64,000 nucleotides of DNA from Antechinus flavipes. Taxonomy: Eukaryota. Position numbers and translations under genes: made by a program. Shown here piece by piece: positions 25,068 through 38,340 of this stretch. The DNA is taken from contig NC_067400.1 of the NCBI RefSeq assembly GCF_016432865.1, positions 556,636,001 through 556,700,000 of the forward strand, written 5' to 3'. A model generated the notes under the pieces. The model was not told the origin of the DNA and ran no database searches. It was given only the letters and a program-made list of their open reading frames with translations. The stretch's first letter is position 1. Each line of letters starts with the position of its first letter.

Positions 25068-26716
25068 GTTATAGAATTATATGCATGCTTGCACTATTTC
25101 TTATAAGTATGATGTGAGGAAAACTTCACATCACATTGTATGTATTATATAATACATACAATAAATTTTTGTAATTATTAATTTGTAAATTAATTTTTGT
25201 AAATGTAATTTTGTAATTATTGTAAATTTTATAATATTAAATATTATAAATATTAATGTGCTATGTAAATGTGAATTATTAATTATTTTAAATAGCACTT
25301 CTGATCTCTTAGTGATATATATATATATAAAGGAAACGTGGTGATTTGATATGATTTTATTCGGTCCACAACCAATTATTTAGTGCTAACTATATATTCA
25401 GTGACTCTGCTAAGCAGAATTCTCATAGCACTTTCTAACTTCATTCACTCATGGTTTTCTGTTTTGTTTTACAAATACCTGTGCATTTGGATTTGTGTGT
25501 ATGTGTGTTGTGTGATTGCATGTATCTCTTCCCCCCTCACTAGACTGGGTTTCTACTTAAGATCATATATACTGGGACTTTCCAATTCAAAAGCAAACTC
25601 AGAACAGTACACAGAATATGAATTTTACAACATATTGTTTATTATTGAAGTGAGAAAATAGACTTGAAACTTCATAATTTTAAAGACCTAAAAAGAATTT
25701 TTATTGTTGCTTCTACTAACTTTATTAGTTAAATCTTATATTAACTTGAAACATTTTTTAATGGTGGGCTTCTGAATGAGAATGAGAAATCTATATCCAC
25801 TCCCTCCAAACTCCCCTAACACATACATATTCTGCAGGTACTTCAGAGAAATTAGACAGAAAAGAGTGAAAATGCTATTCTTCTGAGAATCCTGTCCCAT
25901 AATGAGATGTATGGATATCCTCTTAGAAGCTTTTGGTTTAGTGAGAAAGACTCAGATCCAGATTTTGGGGCAAATATATCCTCCCCTTTCCCAGATACTA
26001 CCTAGATTTGAACACCTTACTGATTGTCTACCTTGGATATTAATCTTATGTATTGAGGGAGATGGGAAGGGAATAAGACTGAGAAAAGAGATATAGAAAA
26101 GTGGTCAGTATCCAGGCTCCCTACCTTAAGCTTGCTGGGCTGTGAAAGTATGGAATTGGTGTGGTATATGGGTGACTGAAGTTGAAAAGAAAGGGAGTCA
26201 GTGCAGGAAAGATCTGCCGTACCCAGGGGAAGGAGATAATCTGATCTTCCATTGACCTGTGCATGAATTCCATTAAATTTTATCATCCATGCCATCCCAT
26301 CTCTCATATGGACATGAGGAAATGTTAATATAGCATTGTTTAAATGTTTGGGAGATGGATGGAAGTATATAGGATGTACAATTTGGGGAAATGGGAGAAT
26401 CTTAGTGTTTAGTTGCCACCCAGATTGCCTCATTATTATCTAACATATTTATACTTGGATCTTCTGTTTCCTATCTCCTTCCAGATATCAAATGACTGAA
26501 AACAATAAAGACCTAAGACTCTAAGTGTCATGTTTTATTCATGCAGAATGTAGGAGTAGATTTAGTGATCTCTAAATAAATTTCAAGATGATGTCTAGAG
26601 AGTTTTTTCACTGACTATATAATCTAAGATGAATAAATACCTAGAATTGAACCCACTGCAGAATTCTCAGAATTCTCAGAAATTCACATCCAAAGAGTTG
26701 TACCACAGAAGAAAGG

Positions 26717-27667
26717 CTAAGGCCTTAATCTGGGCAGACAGAACCTGCGGAGGATACCATTCCTAATCTGTTTGGTTTTAACACTATAGATAATTGGATT
26801 CATAAATGGAGGAAAAAGGAAATAGACATAGCTCATAGTGATGTGGACCACATGTGGGGCATGTTTCCCAAATCGATGAATCAGAGACAAACCAATCACT
26901 GTGACATAGAAAACTAAGACACAACAAATGTGGGAGATACAGGTATTTAAAGCCTTGGTCCGTTCCTCTCCAGAGGCAATGCTCATAACAGTTTTCAGAA
27001 TCAGTATATAAGAGAAAAGAATTATCAGGGAGTCCAGGAAGAAGGTAAATGAAACCAGAACCATAGGATAGATGCGATTGAAAGTGATGTCTGCACAGGC
27101 CAGCTTGATGACATCCTGGTGGAGGCAGAAGGCATGGGAGAGAACATGGGAATGGCAGTAAGGGAACCAGTGTAGTGGGATAATTGGCGGTGCTACTAAT
27201 ATGAAGCCCCTCAGCAATGCCCCAATGCCAATTTTTGCCACTCTGGAGTTGGTGAGGATAGACCTATATCTTAATGGGTTGCAGATGGCAATAAAACGGT
27301 CATAGGCCATGGCAAGCAAGACCCCCGACTCCACTATAGAGAGGGAATGGATGAAGTAGGCCTGGGAGAAGCAGACTTCAAGGTGAATCTCCCTGTAATT
27401 CAGCCACAGGACCCCCAGCACTGTGGGCATGGTGGTTAGGGTCACTAAAAGGTCTGTGGCTGCCAGCATGGCCAGGAAGTAATACATGGGTTCATGGAGA
27501 CTATGGTCATCCTTGATGAGAAAGAGGAGGGTACCATTGCCAAGAATCACTGAGAAGTATACAACAAAAAAGGGAATAGAAATCCAGTGATGAACTGCCT
27601 CTAAGCCTGGGAATCCGGTTAGAAGAAAGGGGGATAAACTTGTATTATACCACATAATGGTGTACAT
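26717..27667 (-). CDS. OR51B5: Class I olfactory receptor, OR51B5-like body with an OR51B6-like C-terminus (316 aa; alternative ATG at 27655 gives 312 aa)
   Basis: Intact ORF with [60 protein letters not shown] and [16 protein letters not shown] are B5-like. Confidence 0.9.
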   Translation of the reverse strand: MYTIMWYNTSLSPFLLTGFPGLEAVHHWISIPFFVVYFSVILGNGTLLFLIKDDHSLHEPMYYFLAMLAATDLLVTLTTMPTVLGVLWLNYREIHLEVCFSQAYFIHSLSIVESGVLLAMAYDRFIAICNPLRYRSILTNSRVAKIGIGALLRGFILVAPPIIPLHWFPYCHSHVLSHAFCLHQDVIKLACADITFNRIYPMVLVSFTFFLDSLIILFSYILILKTVMSIASGEERTKALNTCISHICCVLVFYVTVIGLSLIHRFGKHAPHVVHITMSYVYFLFPPFMNPIIYSVKTKQIRNGILRRFCLPRLRP

Positions 27668-28539
27668 GTCTAAGACTCAGTGAGGTTGCTTAATATATAA
27701 GAGCCATTGGGTCCATCCTAAAAATATACAGAGTTACTTCCCACAGTGAGGTTGTTCAGTCTTATAGAAGAAAAAGAACTGAGATTTCAGGATATAGTTT
27801 GAACTTGGATCAAGTATTAAAGATGATGATTCCAAGGCTTTCCCTGTAGTTTGGCTCCTAACTTTAGCAGAATTCCTCAGCTTTAAATTCTGGTAGGGAC
27901 CATTTTTATCATCATATCATCCCTTGGCTTTTTGTTCTTTGAAGTCCTTCTAATAATGGAATTGACTTGTCTTTCTGATTAATTGTAGTCCATTGTTCCC
28001 AACACATGTATCCAGTTAGACTTATTGTCCCAGGAACATAGGTCTCTCCTTTCTTTTTTCATTTCTCCCTGTAAGTCATGTTAGCAGCATGCTTTGAGAC
28101 CTGCATTGGTAAGGGAAACCATTAAATTACTATAGATTATATAATTTATAGAATAGACTATTTAGGCTAAAATATCATAGAATTAGTGGTTTAAATTTTA
28201 TAGTATAATTAGTCCAATCTTCTCATTCTAGTAATAAGGTAACTGAGTACTATTGGGGTTGAGTGACTTGTTCAGAGTTGCATAGACTGTAAGCAGCCAA
28301 GGCAGAATCACAAGTCCCTTCACCATAAATGAATGAGCAGATCCACTTCAGAGGGTAATTCATTTCTGTCTTTTTCCTTCATGAGAGAGATCTCATGAGA
28401 GATGAGAGATATTTCTAATCTTTTGAGGGGGTCTGTCTTAAAGTAATGTTTAAAAATGCATAAAAAATACAAAAGGGCTACAAAGAAAATCAATTGTATT
28501 GATAAATAGTTATGAAAAAAAATTAAGTTCACAAGCTCC

Positions 28540-29950
28540 CATTAGATTTTTGGAGAAGAGAGGAATTTGTTAAGGGGCAGGTCAATTCTCCGAGAGCCTC
28601 CATAACTGTGGATCATAGCATCTGAAGGAGTTGCAGGGCAGCCTTTGCTGACACATTCCAAGCAAATCTTGGAATGAAATAAATTGGAGGCAGAAAGAAG
28701 AGGAGAAAGGTGAGATAATGGAACCGCCTCTAGTCAGAGAGGTCAGAGAACAGCAACTGCCTCTCAGTCTCCTTGTATCATCGTCTCACATGAGGACATC
28801 CATTTTGCAGGTCTGGATTGTATCTCCACTGTCAAACAGCTCCTGTGTCACAAAAGGAATGTATGACCAAAGAAGAACTAAAGAACATTATGAAAGGCAA
28901 AATGAACAATGTTGATTATATTAAATTTAAAAAGTTTTGCACAAACAAAACCAAGAGAAACAGAATTTAAAAGAAAGTACAAAACTGAGGGGGGTAGAAT
29001 CTTATAGCTAATATTTCTGATAAAATATTCCTAAAGTAAGTAAAGAATTGTGTCAAATTTATAAGAATACCTGTCATTTCCCAATTGATAAATGGTCAAA
29101 GGATATGAACACACAATTCTCAGATGAATTTAAAGCCATTTATAATTATATGAAAAAATGCTCCAAATAACTTTTGACTAGAGAAATGCAAATGAAAATA
29201 TCTCTGAGATACCATCTCAAACTTCTCAGATTGGCTAAGATGACAAGAAAGGACAATGATAAATATAGGAGGGGATGTGGGAAAACTGGAACACTAATAC
29301 AATGATGGTGGAGTTGTGAAATGATCCAGCCATTCTGGAGAGCAATCTGAAACTATGCCCAAAAGGCTATAAAACTGTAAATACCTTTTGACACAACAGT
29401 CCCATTATTAGACCTCTATCCCAAGGAAATCATAAAAGAGGAAAAAGGACCTCCATGTGCAAAAATGTTTATAACAACTCTTTTTTTGAGCAAAGAATTG
29501 GAAAATGAGTGAGTGCCCATCAAGTGGGAAGTGGTTGAACAAGTTGTCGTACATGAAGGTAATGGAATATTATTGTTCCATTAAAAACGATGAACATAGA
29601 AAAGCCTGGAAAGATTTACGTGAACTGATGCTGAGCAAAACAAGCAGAACTAGGAATGCATTGTACCCAATAATAGCAAGAATGTGCAATAATAAATTAT
29701 GAAAGATTTGGTTCTTCTCAGTAGTTTAGTGATCCAAAAGAATCCCAATAGACTTTGGACAGAAAATGCCATCTGCAACCAGAGAAAGAATTAAGGAGAC
29801 TGAATGTAAATCAATATATGCTATGTTCACTTCTTTTTTCTAATCTTTTATCTCTTCCATGGTTTTTCCCGTTTGCTCTGATTTTTCTCTCCCAATATAA
29901 TTCATAAAACAATTACGAATAAAAATTCATAAAATTAAAACAAATTTAAA
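28540..29950 (+). mobile_element. 5'-truncated L1 (ORF2 C-terminus and 3'UTR)
   Basis: gattatattaaatttaaaaagttttgcacaaac (DYIKxKxFCTN), ccagccattctggagagcaatctg, L1 3'UTR and an A-rich tail. Confidence 0.88.
28568..28852. mobile_element. Solo LTR (family A), copy 2, inverted relative to copy 1 and inserted in L1 ORF2
   Basis: tgttaagggg...gtgtcaca. The L1 text tggagaagagaggaatt resumes as aaaggaatgtatgaccaaagaag after it. Confidence 0.75.
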
Positions 29951-30561
29951 TTAATTAAAATTAAACGATTAACAAGTAAAAATTGTTAAACAATTTAAAA
30001 TAAACAAACTAAAATTAAAAATAAACTAAAAAAAAGTTCACAGGCTCCAATTTGAGAACTTTTAAGTCAATAAATTTCTATAACTGTTGTAATATCCCAT
30101 GCCTTCTCATTTCTCCTTCTTTTAGTCTGTCATCTTTCCTGGCTCCTATATAGAAATTCTATCTGTCTTCTAGTTCTTTCTCTCTTTGGCTTCCTCCTTC
30201 CTACTTTAGAAACTTTACTTCTGATACTGTGATGTTGGGCAAGTCGCATTACTTCCCAGATTAAAATCTGTATCTCTGGTGGAAAGAAAGAGATAACATC
30301 TTTTGACCTTGACATCTTCTTATTGTCTGAGTTCTTTCCATATACAAGAGCCCCTGTGAACTATTACCATGTTTCCATGAAAATGTAGGTACCCACCTCT
30401 CTATCATAGAAGATCTTAATCAGATCCCTACATATTTCAAGGGGAATACATCTGTTACCTATTCAGATGTACTCACAAAATCATCAAGTCAAAGAATTAG
30501 AAGGTAACTCAAAGACCCCTATACCAGGAAGAAAAAAATCCTCTCTATAAAATACCCATTC

Positions 30562-30698
30562 ATGGAGCAGCTAGGTGACAGAATCTAGTGAATAGAGGAC
30601 CTGCCCTAGAGTAGGAGAACCTGAGTTCAAATCTGTCCTCAGATGCTTAACACTTCCTAGCTGTGTGACCTTAACCCCAATTACCGTGCCAAGAAAAT
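30562..30698 (+). mobile_element. WSINE1-type SINE
   Basis: gcagctaggtgacag...gaacctgagttcaaatctgtcctcagatgcttaacacttcctagctgtgtgacc...aaccccaatt. Confidence 0.85.
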
Positions 30699-30769
30699 TA
30701 TCCATCCAGACTTTGTTTAAAGGCACATAGTCTTGGCTTTAAGACCATATTTTCCAAGGAAGCTCATTC

Positions 30770-31340
30770 CACTTTGAGAAAATTCCTTTTAATAAGATGT
30801 TTTTCTTTCTTTTACATCAAACTTAAATATGTGTCTTAGAATTGTCATAAATTGCTACTATTTCTATCACCTATGATCAGATAGAAAAGATCTAATGATT
30901 TTTTTTCCATAACAATACTTCAATGGTTTCCAGATAGATATCTTATCTCCTCTTTTTTCTTCTCTAGGCTAAATACTTCCATCCAGTCCTTTGACTGATC
31001 CTCATATGAGAAGGACCCAAGACCTTTCAGCATCATGACTGCCCTCCTCTGAGGGCATAGAGAGTTCTATGGGTGATCAATCCCCTTCTTAAAATGGAAT
31101 GCCTAGAACTGGACACTACTCCAGATATGGTTTAATGTGAGCAATAGACACTATCATCTGCTCAGCCCTTCTCAGTATCATATTAGCTTGCTCTATTACA
31201 AAATCCCACTGTGGACATATACTCTTTGTCATCCTTCAGAACCCCAAGATCTTTATCTCAGATGGACTAACTTTTAGACAATCCTTTCTTATCTCATAAT
31301 ATGAAACTCATTTGTTGAGCCCAATTGTAAAATGTTACAT
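30770..31340 (-). mobile_element. CR1/L3 LINE fragment
   Basis: cttctctaggctaaatacttcc...gaactggacactactccagatatggt is typical of antisense CR1 ORF2. Confidence 0.6.
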
Positions 31341-33102
31341 ATTAAGTCACCCAATGTTCTAGCCACATGGCTCCCCTAAAATTATGGAGATCCTGGAATC
31401 CAGATAATGCAAGTGAGTCTTCATTAAGAGATAGAAGTATCTAGGTGACACAGTAGGTAGAGTACTAGACCTGGAATCAGAGAAAGACATAACTTCAAAG
31501 CCAGGGTCAGATACTTACTAGCTATAACATCACTTTGAGTTAAGTGGTATGTGCTTTATGTCATTTATAGAATTTGAAATTCAGGAGAGGTCATTAGGCT
31601 TGCCTAAATGCACAGAGGAACTAAATGAGGAATACTTAAAACAAGTATTCTGATCCTAATCCTAGATCTCTTGCCACTGTTACCTATTCCCTTACTCTTT
31701 AGGCAAATGAAGCATATTAAAGGATATACTCAACCTCTTAAATTTGTAAATTGGGAATTGAGACACAGAGCAGGAAAAGAAACTACCCAGTCATTTAGCC
31801 ACAGCTTCTTGGAATCCTACCCCCTGCTATAAATCCAGCCTTGGATATTAAAGACCTTCTCTGATTCATTCTACTCCACCACAGACTAAATGATTTTGCA
31901 TCAGCCTTGAGATATTTACTGACTTTTACATTAATCAAACTGTTATCATGCTCAGTAACTCATAGATAAACTGAAGCAGATTGTCACAAAGTAGATATTG
32001 TCATTATGCCTCATCTTCTTTAATAATCCCTCTTTCACTTCTGACCCTTTCAATCCATTATGGCTTTATTATATTTAGAATCCTAAATTTGGTGGTGGGA
32101 GCTGCTCTGGGGTGCCTGGGCACAATCCCAAAGGGATAAAGGAGCGATAGGGAAATTCTAGAGATCATACTAGGAAAGACAAATGGGGAGATGAGAACAA
32201 TATTTAGGAAAACTGAAATCCCTTTCCCTTCAGAGCTCACAGCCTCCTCACCCTTCTATCCAGTTTCTTCCCAAATCCTGATTTTCAAACACATTTCCCA
32301 CAAAGAATGTGGCTTTTTAACCCCATAAAAAAAAGGAGAAAATGACATTGAGATCAACTATCTCCAACTATCCAAAGCAGCATATTATTCACCAGGAAAG
32401 TACTTGAATATGGAACTCCCTTGCATTTCTTAATGGTTATTTGGGTCATAAACTCATGGTTGCTCCTTTCTAATCAGAGAATTTAAAAATTTGGAAAGAA
32501 CATTTTAAAAATTAGTATATCCAATACCCCAATACATAGATGAGGAAACTCAGTCTCAGAGATAGATAAGGATGTATATCTATGAATGCAGGCATTGTGG
32601 ACTTCTATATTTGTCACTTACTATTCAAAGTCTTTAATTCCAGATAAAGGACTCCTCTAATTCATATTACCCCGTTTTCAGAGTTCAGGGAAACATAGGG
32701 AATCATCCCTGAAATTCTTTTACTTCTGAATTCTCATTGCTCTCTGTTCACCAAAGGCACTGCTGAAATATTGGGATGAAGTCAGAATTCATTGATACCT
32801 GGATGAGCTCTCAGACTGCAGGCTATAGTCTCTGATTTTACTTGGAATCCCAACTGGACTCTTGATATTTATGCTGTAAACTGGCTCCCCAGAGCCCTTT
32901 CCTCTTCCAAAACACTAGAGTCTTGGGTGATCTCAACTTCCCTCCCCAAATCCCCATTTTTATCCTGTGAAGATCTGGACTCCTTAAGGCATATTTTGAA
33001 AATCTCTCAACTTCTTCCCTGTACTGAAGGGGAAAGATTAGAGTAGATTTAGTCACTCAAGATTAACTTCTGTAGAGCAAGGAGGGAGGAGCAGACATAG
33101 GG

Positions 33103-33734
33103 TGTAATGCTGGAGAAACTGAGGCAGAAGAGAGATTAGAGAGTTTTTAATATTTTATTAATGGGAGAGTAAAACTGACGGGACAGGACTCTCATCTCAA
33201 ATTATCCAGTCAGACAGAGATAAAAATATACTTTGATAAAGATAAAGATTCCTTGGTCCCAGGACTGGAGGAGACTGTCATCTCAAAGAATCCAGCGTCC
33301 AGCATACAGCCACCAGCTGCCAGCCTCCAGCAATGAATTGAGGAACCTCTACTTCTTAAATACCTTTTCTCTAAACAAAGGAAGGGGTGAGAAGTGTGGG
33401 AAAAAACTTCTGTCAGGATGGAGGAGGCCATAAACCCAAAAAACACAGAGACACGATGTCTGAATACACAGAGATAAAGATGTCAGTGAAATATCTTGAA
33501 ATATTTTAAAGGGATATTGTATATTCTTGAGGAAAGAAAAGAGTCAGGAGGTCTACTCTCCTGTTTATCTTGCTAACAATTTATAACCTTAGAGCAAATG
33601 GCCCTCAATCTTAATGGACCAGAGCCCGGGTTACAACTTAGGGGATTGACACAGAACAGTTAAAGAAACTGAAACAAGGGAAACTAGTACAGGGAAACTG
33701 AGTCAGGACAGTTAAAGAGAACTGTGGCATAACA
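33103..33734 (-). mobile_element. Solo ERV LTR (family B), copy 1
   Basis: tgtaatgc...ggcataaca TG/CA ends, AATAAA on the minus strand near the end, 4 bp TSD aggg/agga. Termini are shared with 46296-46826. Confidence 0.85.
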
Positions 33735-34137
33735 AGGACTATAGGACAAAGTTTTAGATTTGGTTTTAAAACAACTGGATGTGAATAATGGCTTCCATCT
33801 TTCCAATTGTGAGATTTGGGACAATTCAATGCATTTAAGTTCCAGTTCCTTCTTCTGCAAAGAGAAGAAAACAATGCTTGTTTTACCTGCCTCAGGAGAC
33901 TGCTGTGAAGAAAGCACTTACAAACTTGAAAGAACTCAGGGAGTGTGGAATGTTTCTTTTTCTATCCAAAGACTTCAGGGTCTCCCAATTACTTATCAAA
34001 TAAAATATTGACTCTTTTGCCTAGCAGGCTCTTCACAATCTATTTCTACTTTATTTCTAGTTTTGGTTTCTATTACTCAGCTGTCATGAATTTTACATTG
34101 CAATCAGAGTATTCTCAATATTTTCACAACAGGAAAT

Positions 34138-34154
34138 TTGTGTGTGTGTGTGTG

Positions 34155-34190
<36 letters not shown>
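34138..34190. repeat. (TG)n microsatellite
   Basis: Read directly from the sequence. Confidence 0.95.
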
Positions 34191-34239
34191 ATGTAACTTT
34201 ACTCTTGATATTCACCAAAGGGAAGCTTAGTGCCACAAT

Positions 34240-34490
34240 AGATAAGAGATCATGATTCAGATTCAGGAAGATGAGTTCAAATCCAATCACAGACATTTAC
34301 TGGCTTTGTGACTTTGGACAAGTTCCTTAAATATTTTCTGCCTCAGTTTCCTCATCAGTAAAATGAGTATAATAATAATGCTACCTTCCCCCGAGGGTTG
34401 TCTGGGAGCATCAAACAAGATAACATATGTAAAGTCTTTGAAAACCTTAAAGCACTTTAGAAATATGAATCATCATCATTATCATCATCA
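34240..34490 (+). mobile_element. MIR SINE
   Basis: gagttcaaatcc...gtgactttggacaag...gcctcagtttcctcatcagtaaaatgag...aaagcactttagaaat, followed by a (ATC)n tail. Confidence 0.8.
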
Positions 34491-35230
34491 TAATTCTCCG
34501 TCTCTTACTTAACATCTTAACATAGTCTCTCATAGCTGCTGCCTGTTTTTTGAAGGCATGCTGGGCTGTTTATATTGGAGTGAAAATGGATGGAAGGAGA
34601 CAAAAGAGAAGCATTTATTTAGTGTTTATTATGTATTGGGCACTTTCAAATATTATCTCATTTGATCTTTATAACAACTTTATGCTATTATTATTCACAT
34701 TTTCCAGTTGAAGAAACTGAGGCAGATAGAGCCTAAATGACTTGCACACATTTATACAGCTAATGTCTTGTGGTCAGATTTGAATTTAGATTTTCCTATC
34801 TCCAAGATCAGTATTCTGTCCACTACAACTAAATAGTGCTATTAGCAGAACATTGATCTGATGACCAAGGGAATTGTATTTTTCTATCTCTTTCTCCCCT
34901 TAAGAGACTTCAGTGGACAAAGTACCAGTGGTGACTTCATGGGATACTGGGACTTTATTTCTGTCTTTTCTCCTAAAACAACCTTGAGCCAGGCACCTCA
35001 TAGGAAAGCAGTGGCTAGGAGAAAGTTAAATCATGGGATAGTATCTCTGGGAGCTGCAGGAACCCAGGAATCACACCTTTTCTTTTTTTTTTTTTTTTAC
35101 AAGTTAATTACATGACGACTGATGTAAATGGAGCTGCTAAAGAGATAAAGAGCTCACCATCACATTTTTCATATTTCTGCTACCTATAGAAACTCAAGCT
35201 ATCACTTACTAGGGAATATACTTTGTAATT

Positions 35231-35247
35231 TGGTCAGCAGGTGGTAC
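35231..35247 (+). promoter_or_regulatory. CTCF core-like motif 1
   Basis: TGGTCAGCAGGTGGTAC; 2 mismatches to TGGCCAGCAGGTGGCAC. Confidence 0.4.
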
Positions 35248-35303
35248 TATCCTTAGGTCACCAATTAAATGGAATAATTCAAGGATATTGTTTTTTCTGA
35301 ATG

Positions 35304-35336
35304 CTGTAGTAACCCCTACTTGTCACCAGAGGGCGT
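35304..35336 (+). promoter_or_regulatory. Extended CTCF motif (upstream module, 6 bp spacer, core)
   Basis: CTGTAGTAAC-ccctac-TTGTCACCAGAGGGCGT versus the consensus CTGCAGT(T/A)CC-N5/6-TGGCCACCAG(A/G)GGGCGC. Confidence 0.65.
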
Positions 35337-35339
35337 TCA

Positions 35340-35480
35340 GGCAAAAAACTTTGGTAGGGTTCATGAAATTGTTTTTATTGATTTTTTATTAACTATTTCA
35401 ACATAATTAAGTTTCTTAGCAGCCTAACTTTTTTTATGCATTTAAAAATATTATTCTGAGAAGAATTCCATAAATTTTAC
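35340..35480. mobile_element. hAT-Charlie MITE remnant
   Basis: ttcatgaaattgttttt...gcatttaaaaatattattctgagaagaattccataaattttaccaaact is similar to the MITE at 60689-60884. Confidence 0.5.
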
Positions 35481-35487
35481 CAAACTT

Positions 35488-35680
35488 TGTCCAACTCTTC
35501 ATGACTCCTTTTGGAGTTTTCTTGGCAAAGATACAAGAGTAGTTTTACCATTTTCTTCTCCACTTTATTTTACAGATAAGGAAACTGAGGACAAGAGTAT
35601 TCAGTAACTGGACCAGGATTACACAGCTAGTAAGTGCCTAAGGCCAGATTTGAACTCGGAAAAATGAGTCTAGGTGATTA
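35488..35680 (-). mobile_element. MAR1-type SINE
   Basis: tgtccaactcttcatgactccttttggagttttcttggcaaagatac...gataaggaaactgagg...ggccagatttgaactc. Confidence 0.8.
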
Positions 35681-36374
35681 GATTTCTTAAAGCATAATAT
35701 TAAAAAGAAAGTACTTCTGATCTAAGAGTATGGAAATACAAATGAAAAATTAATTTGAAATACTAAGATTGTGGAAATTTCTATCAGAACACTCCAATCA
35801 ACCTATCAATTTATGTTAATAAAGCTCAGTTGATATTCTTTCCAAGGCAAAAAGGATGAAGACCTCAAATTAGCGGGTTGTAGCATGTGAGTGGGAAAAA
35901 GTGGAATTTATGAGAGATTTCGAGGTAGAATTCATAATTTACTTGGTTCTATTCTATTGAATTCTAATCTAATCCAATCTGATCCAGTCCAATTTAATCC
36001 ACTCAAATCCTATTCAATGAAATGTAGACATTTATTCAGCATAGTTATAGATAGCATTATATAAAGTGCTTTATGAAAGAACAAAGTAAAAGCAAAAAAG
36101 AATAGTAATAGACATGCCCTGATCTCAATCTGTTTACATTGCACTGATAAGACATTACATGCTATTACTATAAAATTCTTGAATAAGTTGCTGTTATGAG
36201 ATCAGTATAATTAGATCTAGATGAGATACCAACATACACTCATGTGGCTGCATGTTCATATTATTTCAAAAAAAAGTGGAATTTAAATAAATACATAATA
36301 GATTAATAATATATCTTCCTTCAACATGTTGCTCTTTGTTGTATATGAAATATATGTACTAAGTATGCAATAGC

Positions 36375-37950
36375 TTTTTCAATTCTAATTTTGCTTGAAT
36401 CTAAATGTTTTAAAATTGCAAAACCTTGTGTTCTGAATTTTTTCTCTCTCTTCTCCCCACTCCTTCCCCTAGATAGTAAGTAATACAGTATATGTTAAAC
36501 ATGTACAATCCTTCTATACATATTTCTACAATAATCTTGTCGCACAAGAAAAATCATATCAAAAAGTAAAAAAAATGAGACAGAAAGCAAAATGCAAGCA
36601 AACAAAAACAAAGAGTGAAAATATTATGTTATGATCCACATTAAGTCCCCACAGTCCCCTCTCTGAGTGCAGATGACAAGACCATTGGAACTGATTTCAA
36701 TCACTTCATTGTTGAAAAGAACCACATCCATCAGAACTAATCATCATATAATCTTGCTGCTATACAATGATCTCCTGGTTCTACTCACTTCACTTAGCTT
36801 CTGTTCATGTAAGTCTCTCCAGGCATCTCTGAAATCATCCTGATGATCATTTCAATAATATTCCATACCATTCATATTCCATAATTTATTCAGCCATTCT
36901 CCAACTAATAGATATCTACTCAGTTTTTAGTTTTTTGCCATTATGAAAAAAGCTGCCATAAACATTTTTGGACATGCGGGTCCCTTTCCCTCCTTTTATG
37001 ATCTCTTTGGGATACAGGCCCAGTGGAGCACTGCTGGATCAAAGGGTATGCACAATTTGATTGCCCTTTGGGCATAATTCTAAATTCCTCTCCAAAATGG
37101 TTGGATCAGTTCACAACTCCAACAACAATGTATTAGTGTCCCAGTTTTCCCACATCCCCTTCAACATTTGTCATTGTCTTTTCCTGTCATCTTAGCCAAT
37201 CTCAGAAGTATGTAGTAGTACTTCAGAGTTGTCTTAATTTGCATTTCTCTGATCAACAGTGAGAGAATCTTTTCATATGACTAAAAATGGTTTTAATTTC
37301 TTTATCTGAAAATTGTCCGTTCATATCCTTTGACCATTTATTAATTGGAGAATGGCTTGAAGTCTTATAAATTTGGGTCAATTATATATTTTAGAAATGA
37401 GGGCTTTATCAGAACCTTTGAATTTAAATTCCCCCCCTCAATTTATTTCTTCTCTTCTATTCTTGTCTGCATTAATTTTGTTTGTTCAAAAATGTTTTAA
37501 TTTAATATAATCAATATTATTAATATTGCATTTCATAATCTACTCTAGTTCTTCTTTGGCCACAAATTCCTTCCTTCTCCACAGATGTGAGAGATAGACT
37601 ATCCTTTGTTCTTCTAATTTGCTTATAGTATCACTCTTTATGTCTAAACCATGAACCCATTTTGACCTTATCTTAATATAGGATGTTAGGTATGGGTCAA
37701 TGCCTAGTTTCTGCCATTCCAATTTCCAATTTTCCCTGCAACTTTTAGTAATAGTGAGTTCTTATCCCAGAAGCTAGAGTCTTTGGGTTTATCAAACACT
37801 ACATTGCTATAGTTATTGACTATTGTGTCTTGTAAACTTAATATATTCCACTGATCAGTAACTCTGTTTCTTAGCCAGTACCAAATGGTTTTGATGGCTG
37901 CTACAGTATAGGTCTGGTGCAGCTGGGGCACCTTCACTTGAATTTTTTTT
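36375..37950 (-). mobile_element. 5'-truncated L1 (ORF2 C-terminus and 3'UTR)
   Basis: ORF-track fragments AIKTIWYWLRNR..FDKPKDSSFWDKNSL and WQKLGIDPYLT..SKWVH are L1 ORF2. Confidence 0.9.
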
Positions 37951-38249
37951 TCATTAATTCAAATTAAAAGTACACTCGAAAATACTAAACAGTACTTTTG
38001 GTGATGAAAAAAAAAAAACCCTCTGGAAAGTATGAGAATTTCCAACAATTAAGGAATGACTTAATAAGTTATGGTATATGGCTATAAGATTAATATTCCG
38101 TAACAAATGAGAAAATAGATAACTTTCAAAATTTACAGGAAAATGTATATGAATTGATAGTGTGAAATGAGCAGAAAGAGAAAAATAATTTGTATTATAT
38201 TATATAAATAAATTATATTTTATATTTTAAAATATTGTACACAGAAGCT

Positions 38250-38306
38250 ATACACACACACATATGTGTGAGTGTGTATCATAAATCACAGACTCTGTGT
38301 GTGTAT

Positions 38307-38340
<34 letters not shown>

